Below are positions 1 to 12,358 of a stretch of 64,000 nt of DNA, piece by piece. How positions within the stretch are numbered: the stretch's first letter is position 1; the number at the start of each line of letters is the position of its first letter. Source of the stretch: Octopus vulgaris (lineage: Eukaryota); contig OX597832.1 of assembly GCA_951406725.2 (NCBI GenBank), positions 21,514,001 through 21,578,000 of the forward strand, written 5' to 3'. The position numbers and the translations under genes are program-made. Below the pieces are notes generated by a model. That model was given only the letters and a program-made list of their open reading frames with translations. It searched no databases and was not told the origin of the DNA.

Positions 1-298
1 GCCCTATCAAATCCTCGTTCGTCAGGGGCTGCTTGTCTTTTTCAAATAAATTTGTGAAATTCTCCTCCTCCAAATCCATTTCCAGTTCTTTGCTCGTAGT
101 CACCAACGATTTGTTGATGGCACCATTATCAAACCCCTTAAAATCATACACGAATTGCGGGCATAGCTTCTTCCATACACCATTCACAGCCGTGCTCTGT
201 ACATCATTCCATGCCGCTACTATGTTCTGTACAGCCTTGTAGATATCGTATCTCTTCCAAAAGTCACGAAATGTGATGGACTCATTAAGATCAATTAC
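1..298 (-). mobile_element. Tigger/pogo (TIGD1-like) DNA transposase C-terminal fragment
   Basis: Manual minus-strand translation is open: VIDLNESITFRDFWKRYDIYKAVQNIVAAWNDVQSTAVNGVWKKLCPQFVYDFKGFD...ELEMDLEEENFTNLFEKDKQPLTNEDLI. It matches the Tigger1 pattern FWK.F.I.DAI.NI...W.EV......GVWKKL.P....DF.GF and runs off the window edge. Confidence 0.85.
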
Positions 299-634
299 AG
301 GGAAAAACTATTACAATTTCACCAATCCAACTACGCAGTGAACGGTACCAAATCGAATCTTCTCAAAAGTTCACTAACCAAAACGGCGGCATAACATGGT
401 GATAGTTCACCGAAGATTATGAGGATTACCAGAGGCTTAAACAAGAAATGAAGGTGATTTTTTACTTAATCCTGCAAAGCCTTCATTGGATCTAATCCAG
501 AACGTATTTTCAAAAAGTATCAAAGTTTAGAAATTAAAAAAAAAAGAAAATTAATTTTGAAGTCCAAAAATATTAAGTTGCTAAATATTTATGCTTACAA
601 CATACTAATTTGTCTGTGATTTTATCTAATAATT

Positions 635-800
635 TCTCTATCTGTAAAGATTAGAATGTGTGTGTGTGCTTATCTGTCTGTCTGTGTGTGTCAGTCTGTG
701 AGAATCCCTAAAACTCGAGAACTACTCGACCGATTTCATTCAAATTTTATACATGCCTTACTTAGGGTCCATGTAGTGTCATAAGCCAATAAGAGCAATC
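635..800 (+). mobile_element. Non-autonomous Helitron-like 5' end
   Basis: Starts TCTCTATCTGTAAA, then CTTATCTGTCTGTCTGT (shared with the Helitron 5' end at ~42312) and AACTCGAGAACTACTCGACCGATTTCATTCAAATTT, typical of Helitron-N 5' regions. No 3' hairpin-CTAG seen. Confidence 0.5.
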
Positions 801-887
801 TCTTATCTCCTACACTATTTCAGGATTACGTGTCAAAGTAGAAAACAATAACATCTCTCTATTGCAATGTGAGATACTTTCCCTTCA

Positions 888-991
<104 letters not shown>

Positions 992-1386
992 CATACATAT
1001 TCCTCATAAACACTCTACCACTGCTACTAATAACTGTTGGTAACCCTTTCAGACCTGCCTTACATCTCAACCGGAATCTCGAAAACATTGTCCTCTTTAC
1101 ATCTCATTCTTATTTCATTACCACGGCAGGCAAATAGAACTTACTTCTCGTGACGGGACAATGGAAGATGGTAATAACAGACATTAACCACATGCTACCT
1201 TGTCCAGTAAAATATATTGTCATCCACTTCACCTCTAGCCTAGCGAACGGAGAGTTCAAACGACCCCACACCACTGATATCTTTCTTCATCCTTCTAGCT
1301 GTCTGCTTTCCTATTAATACGACAAAATTCATGTCCTGGCAAACAACATTCGGAACGCAATTCACAATCACTGTCTCCTTTTCTCA

Positions 1387-2174
1387 TACCTATTTCTTTA
1401 CTACCCACAAGGGGCTAAACACAGAGAGGACAAACAAGGACAGAAAAAGGGATTAAGTCGATTATATCGACCCCAGTGCGTAACTGGTACTTATTTAATC
1501 GACCCCTAAAGGATGAAAGTTAAAGTCGACCTCGGCGGAATTTGAACTCAGAACGTAGCGGCAGACGAAATACCTATTTCTTTATTACCCACAAGGGGCT
1601 AAACACAGAGAGGACAAACAAGGACAGACAAACATTTTGAGTCCATTATATCGATCCCAGTGCGTAACTGGTACTTATTTAATCGACCCCTAAAGGATGA
1701 AAAGTAAAATCGACCTCGGCGGAATTTGAACTCAGAACGTAGCGGCAGACGAAATACCTATTTCTTTATTACCCACAAGGGGCTAAACACAGAGAGGACA
1801 AACAAGGACAGACAAACATTTTGAGTCCATTATATCGATCCCAGTGCGTAACTGGTACTTATTTAATCGACCCCTAAAGGATGAAAAGTAAAATCGACCT
1901 CGGCGGAATTTGAACTCAGAACGTAGCGGCAGACGAAATACCTATTTCTTTATTACCCACAAGGGGCTAAACACAGAGAGGACAAGCAAGGACAGACAAA
2001 CGGATTAAGTCGATTACATCGACCCCAGTGCGTAACTGGTACTTATTTAATCGACCCCTAAAAGATGAAAGGTAAAGTCGACCTCGGCGGAATTTGAACT
2101 CAGAACGTAGCGGCAGACGAAATACCGGCTAAGCATTTCGCCCGACGTGCTAACGTTTCTGCCAGCACGCCGCC
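1387..2174 (-). mobile_element. tRNA-derived Nin/Deu-domain SINE: one head plus four tandem 184-bp body+tail units
   Basis: TACC marks unit boundaries at 1387, 1571, 1755, 1939 and 2123 (exact 184-bp period). Single tRNA-like head (GGCGGCGTGCTGGCAGAAACGTTAGC) at 2174-2124. Central GTCGACTTT..CTTTCATCCTTT.GGGGTCGAT.AAATAAGTACC is the Deu/Nin domain. Confidence 0.9.
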
Positions 2175-2550
2175 TTTTTCCTTTTCTCATACCATTTCTC
2201 TCGTCTTCTCTTTCACAGTATTTCTCTATCAAAGCAATGCTGATCAACTAAAGCACATTCATTCATTTTGTTGAATTCGGTATGTAACCTTTTTCATTCG
2301 TAAATTGCATCAATTTCCATAAATGCAAACGCGCGCGTTTTACTAAGGAAATATGAGACATTTCACTGCTATTTCTAGCACGCGCTGCAACCACGCATTA
2401 AAATTTACCAATGTGTTTTTGTTTCTTCCTTAATGCGGGCCTGCAGACCTACCAACTTACCTCCTATGACTATTCCTACACTCCGCAGGAATATCTATTT
2501 TTGTCAGCTGAGTGAACTGGAGCAACGTGAAATGAAGTGCATCACCGGCA

Positions 2551-2970
2551 GGAGGCACAATGGCCCAGTGCTTAGAACAGCGGACTCGCGGTCGGAGGAT
2601 CGCGGTTTCGATTCCCATACTGGGCGTTGTGTGTGTTTATTGAGCGAAAACACCTAAAGCTCTACGAGGCTCCGGCAGGGGATGGTGGTGACCCCTGTTG
2701 TATTCTTTCGCCCCAAATTTCTCTCACTCTTTCTTCCTGTTTCTTGTCCCCGACTTCCTACGCAACCGCTGAGCCTGGATGCGCATTCATCCATCCGTCG
2801 ATGCTCTCGGTGTCCGGGGGTTGACCTGCTTTCTCTTCTGCGGGTCTTACGAATAGCAAAGGACCACGTTTCAGACTTCTCCCACTACAGAGGTGCGATC
2901 TTGCGAGCTCTGGGACGAAGACCGCTTCGCTCAGCATCAACAGCAGCTTCTGCCCCACGAGCACCACTAA
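2551..2970 (+). mobile_element. tRNA-derived SINE (OR1-like head) with a GC-rich 3' module unique in this window
   Basis: Box A TGGCCCAGTGCTTAG and box B GGTTTCGATTCCC. Head and body are homologous to 24377-24200 and 37235-37050; 2740-2970 differs. Confidence 0.8.
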
Positions 2971-3324
2971 ACAAAGCTAAGCAATTCATCCAATTACTCT
3001 TTCATTAACCCTTTCCCCATCCAATCTATACGACAGAGCAACCAAGCATTGGCAAACAACACCCCCAAAAATTCCTGTCCACAGAAACCACAGCATTCTC
3101 AACGCAATTCATAACGACTTTCTCCGCTGCTCGTACCGTTTCCCTCGCCTTGCCTTTCTCAATTGCTTCCATTTTCATTTTGATGTCATAACAGACATCG
3201 TCTTAGACCGAAGAGAGCATAAACTACCGCTAAAAATCTGTACACGTTTCAACACACGATAATTTTATCATTACACACATTGTGAGTGATAGTACACGCC
3301 ATCAAATGAAACATGTCACCTGAT

Positions 3325-3561
3325 TACGTGACCAACCAGGCTATCAAATGTTACACATCACTGGTCAAAGTGCACTTTTGCATTGTTTTAGCCTTGAAAT
3401 GACGCCACCCCACTGGCTATGGGAGGAAACCAACAATCCTCCCTCATCGAAGGGAGACTGGAACAATGCTCAAGAACAAACGTGCCGCCTTGTCAGGAAA
3501 TCGATCCCACGATCTGGTGGTCGTGAGTGCAAGAGCCTAACCTACTAGGCCACGCGCCTTC
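3325..3561 (-). mobile_element. tRNA-derived SINE
   Basis: Head AGGCGCGTGGCCTAGTAGGTTAGG; 3' module GGGGTGGCGTCATTTCAAGGCTAAAACAATGC...GGTCACGT shared with 24083-24180. Confidence 0.75.
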
Positions 3562-4229
3562 GCATTAGACATGTAGTTTATCTTAATCTCTATCTTTCTG
3601 TCTTTCTCGCGCTCTCGTTCTTTAGAACTTTGAACATGAGTTTTTAACTCGAAATATCAGGATTATTAAACATTTAACTACTCAATAACATTCCTAGTGT
3701 TACTTTTGATATCTAATATTCTATTTGAATTGCTACTTCTATAAACGCACTTATTTTTTATGCGCACACACTCATAAATAGACGCACATACACACACACA
3801 CACAACGCGTAGCCGTCACCTGCAAGCAAGTACCACTTGGTAACATGTATCATGGTTTCGCTAATTGTTTTAGGTGAAGATACAGACACCCCGTCGGTAG
3901 CCTTACACTGGCTCCAGTAGACTTACGATGGCACCTAGGACCTGCAAGTGGGAGGATGAGAGGGTTTCTCCACCGCTAACTTCGTACTCATTTTCAGATG
4001 AGTACACAAAAGTAACGTGGAAAAATGTTGCTCAAAGAAACAGCGCGCGTTGCCCGGTCCGGGATCGAACGCACGAATTTAGGATCTCAAGGTCAACAGC
4101 ATAACCACTTGCCCACACACAATATTACACATACATGCACACAAACACGCACACATACACACGAACATGCACACATATATACACACATATACGTGTCTAT
4201 GTATATATATATATATATATATAATATAG

Positions 4230-4468
4230 ACCAAACATCTGTTTCGAGATCTGTTCGCATATTCTGTGCCGTATATTCTCTTACTCTCAGCCACGGGTGG
4301 AGCGCCGATCTGCCGCAGGAATATCTAATTTTGTCAGCTGAGTGGACTGGAGCAACGTGAAATGAAGTGTTTTGCTCAAGAACACAACGCGTCACCCTGT
4401 CGGGGAATCGAAACCATAATCTTATAATCATGAGTACAGTACTCTAAGTACTAGGCCACGCACCTCCA
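4230..4468 (-). mobile_element. tRNA-derived SINE (TTGAGCAAAACACTTCATTTCACGTTGCTCCAG core family); related fragments at 2483-2543, 3960-4110, 19295-19397
   Basis: Head GGAGGTGCGTGGCCTAGTAC, box B GGTTTCGATTCCC, and a core shared with 37560-37700. Confidence 0.75.
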
Positions 4469-4883
4469 CATACATATACATACATACACAGATAGACACA
4501 TATACATATACACACACACACACACATACCCAATATTTTTAATCGGCAGAACTCAAAAGCGATGAGTTTCGTGCGTGATACATACGCATAATCACACACA
4601 CACGCACACACACATACACACAACACACACACACACACACATACACAACACACATACACACAATGAATCACATAGACACATACATAAGCAGTCACATATA
4701 TTCATACATATACGCACTCGTATCCACACAAGCACACACACACACACACATACACACACACACACACACAAACTTACGAATGCTAGAAATCACGCACGCA
4801 AACATACAACAGATACACACATACACACATACACACACACACGCATACACATACGCGCAGACCCATACACACAAGTGCACACT

Positions 4884-4933
<50 letters not shown>

Positions 4934-5349
4934 CACACACAAATACACGGACCATTTGACGATTTCATTGTTACAATCAGCTCCATTCTTCTCGTCATTA
5001 TCCGCCGTCCACTTTCTCTTACTGCAACTCCGCCTCCTCCTATCGCTCACTCTCTTCCGAACATCTCTCCCCGACACCCCCTTTCTCCTCCTCCTCCTCC
5101 ACCTCCTCCTCCGACGGTCCCCCTCACACTTCACTTAGCTTTTATTCTATACTAATTCTTCTCTTTTTCCGTTTCGTTTCTTTAGCTGTCCTCAACCTCC
5201 TCCTCCCCATCCCCTCCTCCCCTCCTCCCTTTCCTCCTATTCCTCCTCCTCCTCCTCTCTCGACGCTCTCGATCATACGCTTACACACACTCACACACAA
5301 ACGCGCACATACGCATGCACAGGCTCTTCTCTCTCTTTGTCTCTCACTC

Positions 5350-5900
5350 TCTCTCTCTCACAGATTTGTCTTACCTTCCCCTTTCCTACATCTCTCTCTC
5401 TATCTCACAGATTTGTTTTACCTTCCCCTTTCCTACATCTCTCACTCTCTCTCACACATTTGTCTTACCTTCCCTTTTCCTACCTCTCACTCTCTCTCTC
5501 ACAGATTTGTCTTACCTTCCCCTTTCCTACATCTCTCTCTCACTCTCTCTCAGATTTGTTTTACCTTCCCCTTTCCTACCTCTCTCTCTCACTCTCTCTC
5601 TCTCAGATTTGTTTTACCTTCCCCTTTCCTACCTCTCTCTCTCACTCTCTCTCTCTCAGATTTGTTTTACCTTCCCCTTTCCTACATCTCTCTCTCTCTC
5701 TCACACACAAATTTGTTTTACCTTCCCCTTTCCTACCTCTCACTCTCTCTCTCTCCCTCTCTCTCACACACAGATTTGTCTTACCTTCCCCTTTCCTACA
5801 TCTCTCTCTTTCTCTCTCACACAGGTTTGTCTTACCTTCCCCTTTCCTACATCTCTCTCACTCTCTCTCACAGATTTGTTTTACCCTCCCTTTCCTACCC
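5350..5900. repeat. Polypyrimidine minisatellite, ~11 units of ~45-60 bp
   Basis: Constant core CAGATTTGT(C/T)TTACCTTCCCCTTTCCTAC(A/C) separated by variable (CT)n/(CA)n spacers. Confidence 0.95.
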
Positions 5901-6221
5901 CCTCCTTCTCACTCACTCTTACCACACCTCTTCCCCTCCCTCTTTTCACCTCCTTTCTTTCACTCAAGCTTTTTGCATTATTCGCTTTCTTTAATATTTA
6001 TTTCTATTGTCTTTCATGTTTTCTCTTATATTTATTTTCATCTCTATCCATTCATCCATCTCTTTCTTTCGCTTTCTCTCTCTCTCTATCTATCTCTCTA
6101 TCTCTATTTATCTATCTAATCTTTCTTCTTACCTCTCTCTATCTATGAATCTGTATCTCAAGTCTTCTTTCTCCCATCCCTCTCTTTATATATATTTATA
6201 TATATACATTTATATATATAC

Positions 6222-6255
<34 letters not shown>

Positions 6256-6382
6256 GTGTGTGTATCGTTCACTATACATCCATCCATCCATCCATCCATT
6301 CATCCATCTTTTTATGTATCTATCTCTCTCTAACTCTCTATCTCTATCTATCTATCAGTCCATCCATCTGTCTGTTTGTCTG

Positions 6383-6468
<86 letters not shown>

Positions 6469-6609
6469 CATCTATCTAACTATCTATCTATTCGTCTCTC
6501 TCTCTCTCCCTCACTATCTATCTATCTATCTATCTATCTGAATGCCTACACGCATACACACAGAGCGGGCGCACGTTGGCACTGTTGTTCTTCTTGTTCG
6601 TGTTCTTGT

Positions 6610-7710
6610 CAATGATGACGATGATGATGGTGATGAAGTTGACGATGACGACAACGACAACGAGGATGATGCTAGTGTTGCTACTAGTGATGATGGTGCT
6701 GTTGTTGATAGTTACAGCGTGGTGGTGGTGGTGGTGGTGGTGGTGGTGGTGGTGGTGGTGGTGGTGGTGGTGGTGGTGGTGGTGGTGGTGGTGGTGGTGG
6801 TGGTGGTGGTAGATCACCATCGTTATCGTCATCTTTCATCAAAGTCGCCATCATCATCATCATCATCATCATCATAACAGTTAGCAACACCATGGCCATC
6901 ACAGGTCACCACCACCACCACCACCAACACCACAATCGCCGCCACCATCACCACCACCACCACCACCACAACCACCACCACCACCACCACCATCAACACC
7001 ACCACCATCAACACCACCATCAACGCCGCCACCGCCACCACCACCACCACCACCACCACCATCAACACCACCATCGCCGCCACCACAACCACCACCACAA
7101 CCACCACCACCACCAACGCGACCGCTACCGCCGGCCGCCTCCACTATCACCACTATCATCGCCACCATCGCCGCCATCGCCTCAACCGTCGCCTCACCCC
7201 CCATCGTCCCCGCCAACACCAGCAACATTAAAAGTATCATGAAATATGGTATTATTTCTATTGTCACAATTAATTCTATAGATATTATCGCAGTCGTCAT
7301 TACCGCCGCCGCCACCACCACCACAACCACTTCGGACCCCCCACATCCGTCTCCACCACTGCTACCACAACTTCCAGCCACCGCTTCAACGTCAAGCTCC
7401 CACCCTGAGCCCCCCGACCCCCGATCTCACCTTCACCATCATCACCCCCACCAACACCACCATCGTCATCATCATCATCATCATCATCACCCTTCTCCCC
7501 ATCCTAAGTGTTATCCTCCACCTGTACCACCCATCCACCCACCTCCTTCGTCCCTTACTCCCCCTCCTTCTCGTTGTCGTATTCGCCGTCGTCGTCGTCA
7601 TCATCATCATCATCATCATCAATCATCATTAAAATATTATTATAATATACGTTATTGTTGCTTTTGTAGTGGTAGTAGTAGTAGTAGTAGTAGTAGTAGT
7701 TATTATTATC
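6610..7710. repeat. Compound trinucleotide microsatellite block: (GAT)n, (GGT)~30, (CAC)n, (CAT)n, (GTA)n
   Basis: Directly visible; it accounts for the poly-H/V/W/P ORFs. Confidence 0.95.
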
Positions 7711-7759
7711 AATGCTGCTTATACTATAGTTATCATTGTTATGCATATAAATATGTACA

Positions 7760-7837
<78 letters not shown>

Positions 7838-8051
7838 CATATATATGCATATGTATATATGTAAATATGTATATAAATATATATACATAGATATATATAC
7901 ATATACACATATATAAATATAAATATGTATACATGTATATATATATATATATATACATATATACACACGCGCACACAAATATATATACATAAATATACAT
8001 TTATATATATACATATATATATATATGTATATATATACATAAATATACATT

Positions 8052-8140
<89 letters not shown>

Positions 8141-8579
8141 TCACACGCTCACACACACACGGACACATTCACGCACCACACACACACACACACACACACA
8201 CATCAATTGATATCATTGTTATTTTCCAGATATTCAGAGATATTTTGGTTGTGCTTATTGTGAATGGGAGGAATAGAAAACCGGAATATGTGACATTCAT
8301 GTTTGACAAGGCAATAATGGCCGCCACACAATTGAATGTAATGGCGTCACGTCTTTAGAACTAACCGGATGTAAGACACTCACGTGATGGGATATTCGTG
8401 ACCAGATAAAAGACTCTTTAACACATTCAAAAATCCCAGCGTCTTTAACTTAGAAACGAACTGAAAAATTTTGGTATGATTCCTACTGTTGTTGTTCTCG
8501 CTGGTATTGTTGTTGATGTTGGTGTTGGTGTTGATGTTGGTTGTGATGGCTTTGTCACTGCTATGATTCTTGCTGTTGT

Positions 8580-9050
<471 letters not shown>

Positions 9051-9176
9051 GGTCTCTCTCTGTTGGTGGTGGTTGTTGTCATGTAGGTGATAGTACTCGC
9101 TGAGTGCTGCTGTTGTTATTGTTTGTTGGGGTGTTTTTGTTGCTGTTATAATATTTTGTTGTTGATGTCGTCATTA

Positions 9177-9383
9177 AGGCGTCGAGATGGCAGAATCGTT
9201 AGCACGCCGGACTAAATACTGCTAAGCATTTTGCTGTTCTGAGTTCAAATTTCGCAGTGATTGACTTTGCCACTTCATCATTTCAGGGTCGATAAAACAA
9301 GTACCATTTGAACATCATGGTCAATGTAATTGACTAGACATATCCCCCAAATTTATAGGCCTTGTGCCAATAGTATATAAAGG

Positions 9384-9385
<2 letters not shown>
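9177..9385 (+). mobile_element. Nin/Deu-domain SINE, tail-A type, followed by (ATT)n
   Basis: GGCGTCGAGATGGCAGAATCGTTAGC head, GAGTTCAAATT box B, tail AAATTTATAGGCCTTGTGCCAATAGTA. Confidence 0.85.
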
Positions 9386-9460
<75 letters not shown>

Positions 9461-9462
9461 CA

Positions 9463-9523
<61 letters not shown>

Positions 9524-9537
9524 CATTATTATTATTA

Positions 9538-9727
9538 CTATTCAGTAGTTTTATTTTTATAACCTACTTTCACTTCACTACCGAGCGCAGCTCTGTGTGC
9601 CTTGGGTATGTGCGGTGATTTGTTGTGATGCTCTGATGTTTATTGTATAGAAAGTGTTCTGCCTAGGACGTGTGAAGTGCCTAGTAGTGCAATTTTCTCT
9701 ATGTTATATGTGTTTGTAAGTCCTGGT
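9538..9727 (-). mobile_element. R4/Dong-like RLE LINE 3' end within (TAA)n
   Basis: Minus translation PGLTNTYNIEKIALLGTSHVLGRTLSIQ* matches the R4/Dong C-terminal QK..LLGTA.ILR..L motif; short 3'UTR then (TAA)n. Confidence 0.75.
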
Positions 9728-9769
9728 GCCTTTGTTATGTAGTTGTCTGAATATTTTTATTATTATTGA

Positions 9770-9845
<76 letters not shown>

Positions 9846-10740
9846 GCCTTTGCAGAGCTTCTAACGCTGGAGATGTATTACAGTATCAGCTGTTCACTAC
9901 CAGTGAACTAAGGTAATATCTCTTATTTTTCGAGTTCCTTCCGGAGTATTCGAACAGTTTCAAGCAGTGTTGTTTTCTGCAAGTGCTCCACCCTTATTGC
10001 AGCCCCTATTTGTTCCACGTACTTATCGAGATTTTTGCTCACTATTCCCAGGGCGCCGACAGTTATTGGTACTACTGCTACCTTTTTTCATCTACCACAA
10101 CTGCTTAACTTCCCAAGCTAACCGCGATTTTTCTTTCTTCTGTATCGCATACCTTGTTGTCAGCTGGGCATGCTATATCAATGATCCAGCATAGTTTATT
10201 CTCTCTCTCAATTAAGACTATGTCCGGCTTCCTATTCTCTATCTCAGTGTCGCACTGAACCATAAAATTCCATAGGATCTTTGCATTTTCATTTTCGACG
10301 ATGCCTTCAGGTTTGTGGTGGTACCAATTTTTTGTCTCTGATATTCCTTCTGGGCTAGTGGCGTACATTGGCTAGTAATATACCGTACAGTTTCACCATT
10401 TTGTCCACATATTCTGCACTTATCACTTTCTGCTGTGTTGTCTATACTGTATTTTATGTAGTTTGTTCTTTGTGCTTGCTCTTGGGCAGCACAGATTAGA
10501 GCTTCCGTTTCCGGTTTTATATCACTTTTAGTCATCCACAGCCATCTTTTTGTCTCTGAACACACCAGATTTTCTCAGTCCGAAATCCATTCCGATATCT
10601 GCACAGAAAGTATACACCGTATCAACGAGGGAACTGACTTGGGCTTCATCTTTACCATAAAGTTTGAGGTCATCCATGATTAACAAATGGTTGACTTTTT
10701 GTTGGCGGTTTTTGAATACATACCCAGCTTTTGTTTTCCT
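9846..10740 (-). mobile_element. R4/Dong-like RLE LINE, 5'-truncated and internally deleted
   Basis: RT motif VNHLLIMDDLKLYG, then ETEALICAAQEQA, zinc knuckle CRICGQNGETV..I...C, RLE motif ILWNF...RKPDIVLI...IIDIACP, C-terminal LQKTTLLETVRILRK; ends in (TAA)n. Confidence 0.9.
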
Positions 10741-10769
10741 CATCATCATCATCATCATCATTATTATTA

Positions 10770-10981
10770 AGTCGACGAGCTGGCAGGAACATTAGCACGC
10801 CGGGAAAATTGCTCAGCGGGAATTTGTCTGTATTCACATTCTGAGTTCAAATTCCGCTGAGGTCAACTTTGCTTTTCATCCTTTCGGGGTCGATAAATTA
10901 AATACCCAGTGAAATACTGGGCTTGATATAATCGACTAGTCCACCCCTACTCAAAATTTCAGGCCTTGCACCTATAGTAAA

Positions 10982-10986
<5 letters not shown>
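10770..10986 (+). mobile_element. Nin/Deu-domain SINE, tail-A type, followed by (ATT)n
   Basis: Head, box B GAGTTCAAATTCC, Deu domain, tail AAATTTCAGGCCTTGCACCTATAGTA. Confidence 0.85.
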
Positions 10987-11056
<70 letters not shown>

Positions 11057-11057
11057 G

Positions 11058-11827
11058 TGAGGAAGCAGTGCATGCCATCAAAGTGACATTGGGGTAAAAT
11101 ATACGGAGCCCAGTATACCCATCATGACTACCTGTCTGATAAGGGTACGCCAAGCATATGCATCACAACATAAATTCATTTATATCTTACGTATTTATCG
11201 CTAAGGAGGAGAAAATTCTTATGAATTAACTCTGAAATTGGGACCAATAGGTAATAACGGAATTTTTTAAAATTTCTATCGGCTTGTTTCGAAACGCATA
11301 AATTATAATGGTTATTGACAGTTTGTCTGTTTTCGGCATGTTTGGCATTTGAATATTTCTTTTGTCCTTATTTTATAAGTTATATATATATATATATTAA
11401 ATTAGAGCTAAAACCACTATTAGGCAAATCAAACAGTGAAAAACATAAACCAAAACATATAAATAAAATTAATTAATATAATATACAAAATATATAAAAT
11501 TCAAAATTTAAATTATTTAAATTTAAAGTAAAAATTTAAAATTATTAATTTATATTTATAAATTTATATGTATATATATACATATATATATATATATTTT
11601 ATTTTATTTTTATTTTTATTTTTATTTTGTTTTCCTTTTTTTATTAAATATATATAACTATCAAAAAGTATTAAAAAGTTTAATATAAGATATAATATAA
11701 TTTAAATAATTTAAATTTTGAATTTTATATTTTCTATATTTTGTATATTATATTAATTAATTTTATTTATATGTTTTGGTTTATGTTTTTCACTGTTTGA
11801 TTTGCCTAATAGTGGTTTTAGCTCTAA

Positions 11828-11912
<85 letters not shown>

Positions 11913-12236
11913 ACTTATAAAATAAGGACAAAAGAAATATTCAAATGCCAAACATGCCGAAAACAGACAAACTGTCAATAACCATTATAATTTATGCGTT
12001 TCGAAACAAGCCGATAGAAATTTTTTAAAAATTCCGTTATTACCTATTGGTCCCAATTTCAGAGTTAATTCATAAGAATTTTCTCCTCCTTAGCGATAAA
12101 TACGTAAGATATAAATGAATTTATGTTGTGATGCATATGCCTGGCGTACCCTTATCAGACAGGTAGTCATGATGGGTATACTGGGCTCCGTATATTTTAC
12201 CCCAATGTCACTTTGATGGCATGCACTGCTTCCTCA
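11058..12236. repeat. Long near-perfect inverted repeat (arms 11058-11523 and 11699-12236, 175-bp AT-rich spacer)
   Basis: TGAGGAAGCAGTGCATGCC... at 11058 is the reverse complement of ...GGCATGCACTGCTTCCTCA ending at 12236. Arms differ by one substitution I could see (11153/12141), small indels and (TA)n length. Confidence 0.95.
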
Positions 12237-12358
12237 GCGAAAAACATAATAAGACACATAGATCAGAAATTTTGAAAATTAAAGGTGTCTATTTAATTCC
12301 TGCATGTCTGTGTATGAACACTCAAACTATCAAGGTGTAAAAAAATATGTCGACTTCA

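Noticed and set aside
400-530. Minus-strand FWIRSNEGFAGLSKKS, reminiscent of a hAT dimerisation domain
   Set aside because: Too short, lacks the following conserved motif and is interrupted by stops.
1387-2174. Regular repeat array resembling CRISPR or a hammerhead retrozyme
   Set aside because: No unique spacers or cas genes, and no CUGANGA/GAAA core in the unit; it is a SINE concatemer.
2551-2625. tRNA-like sequences here and at other SINE heads
   Set aside because: Box A and B present but no complete cloverleaf; each continues into a SINE body.
3236-3306. Minus-strand TTGATGG...GAAACGTGTA hammerhead-like trace
   Set aside because: Two core mismatches and no convincing helix I.
6718-6810. 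(GGT)~30 as a functional G-quadruplex
   Set aside because: Two-tier G4 potential only, and unremarkable among the many trinucleotide tracts here.
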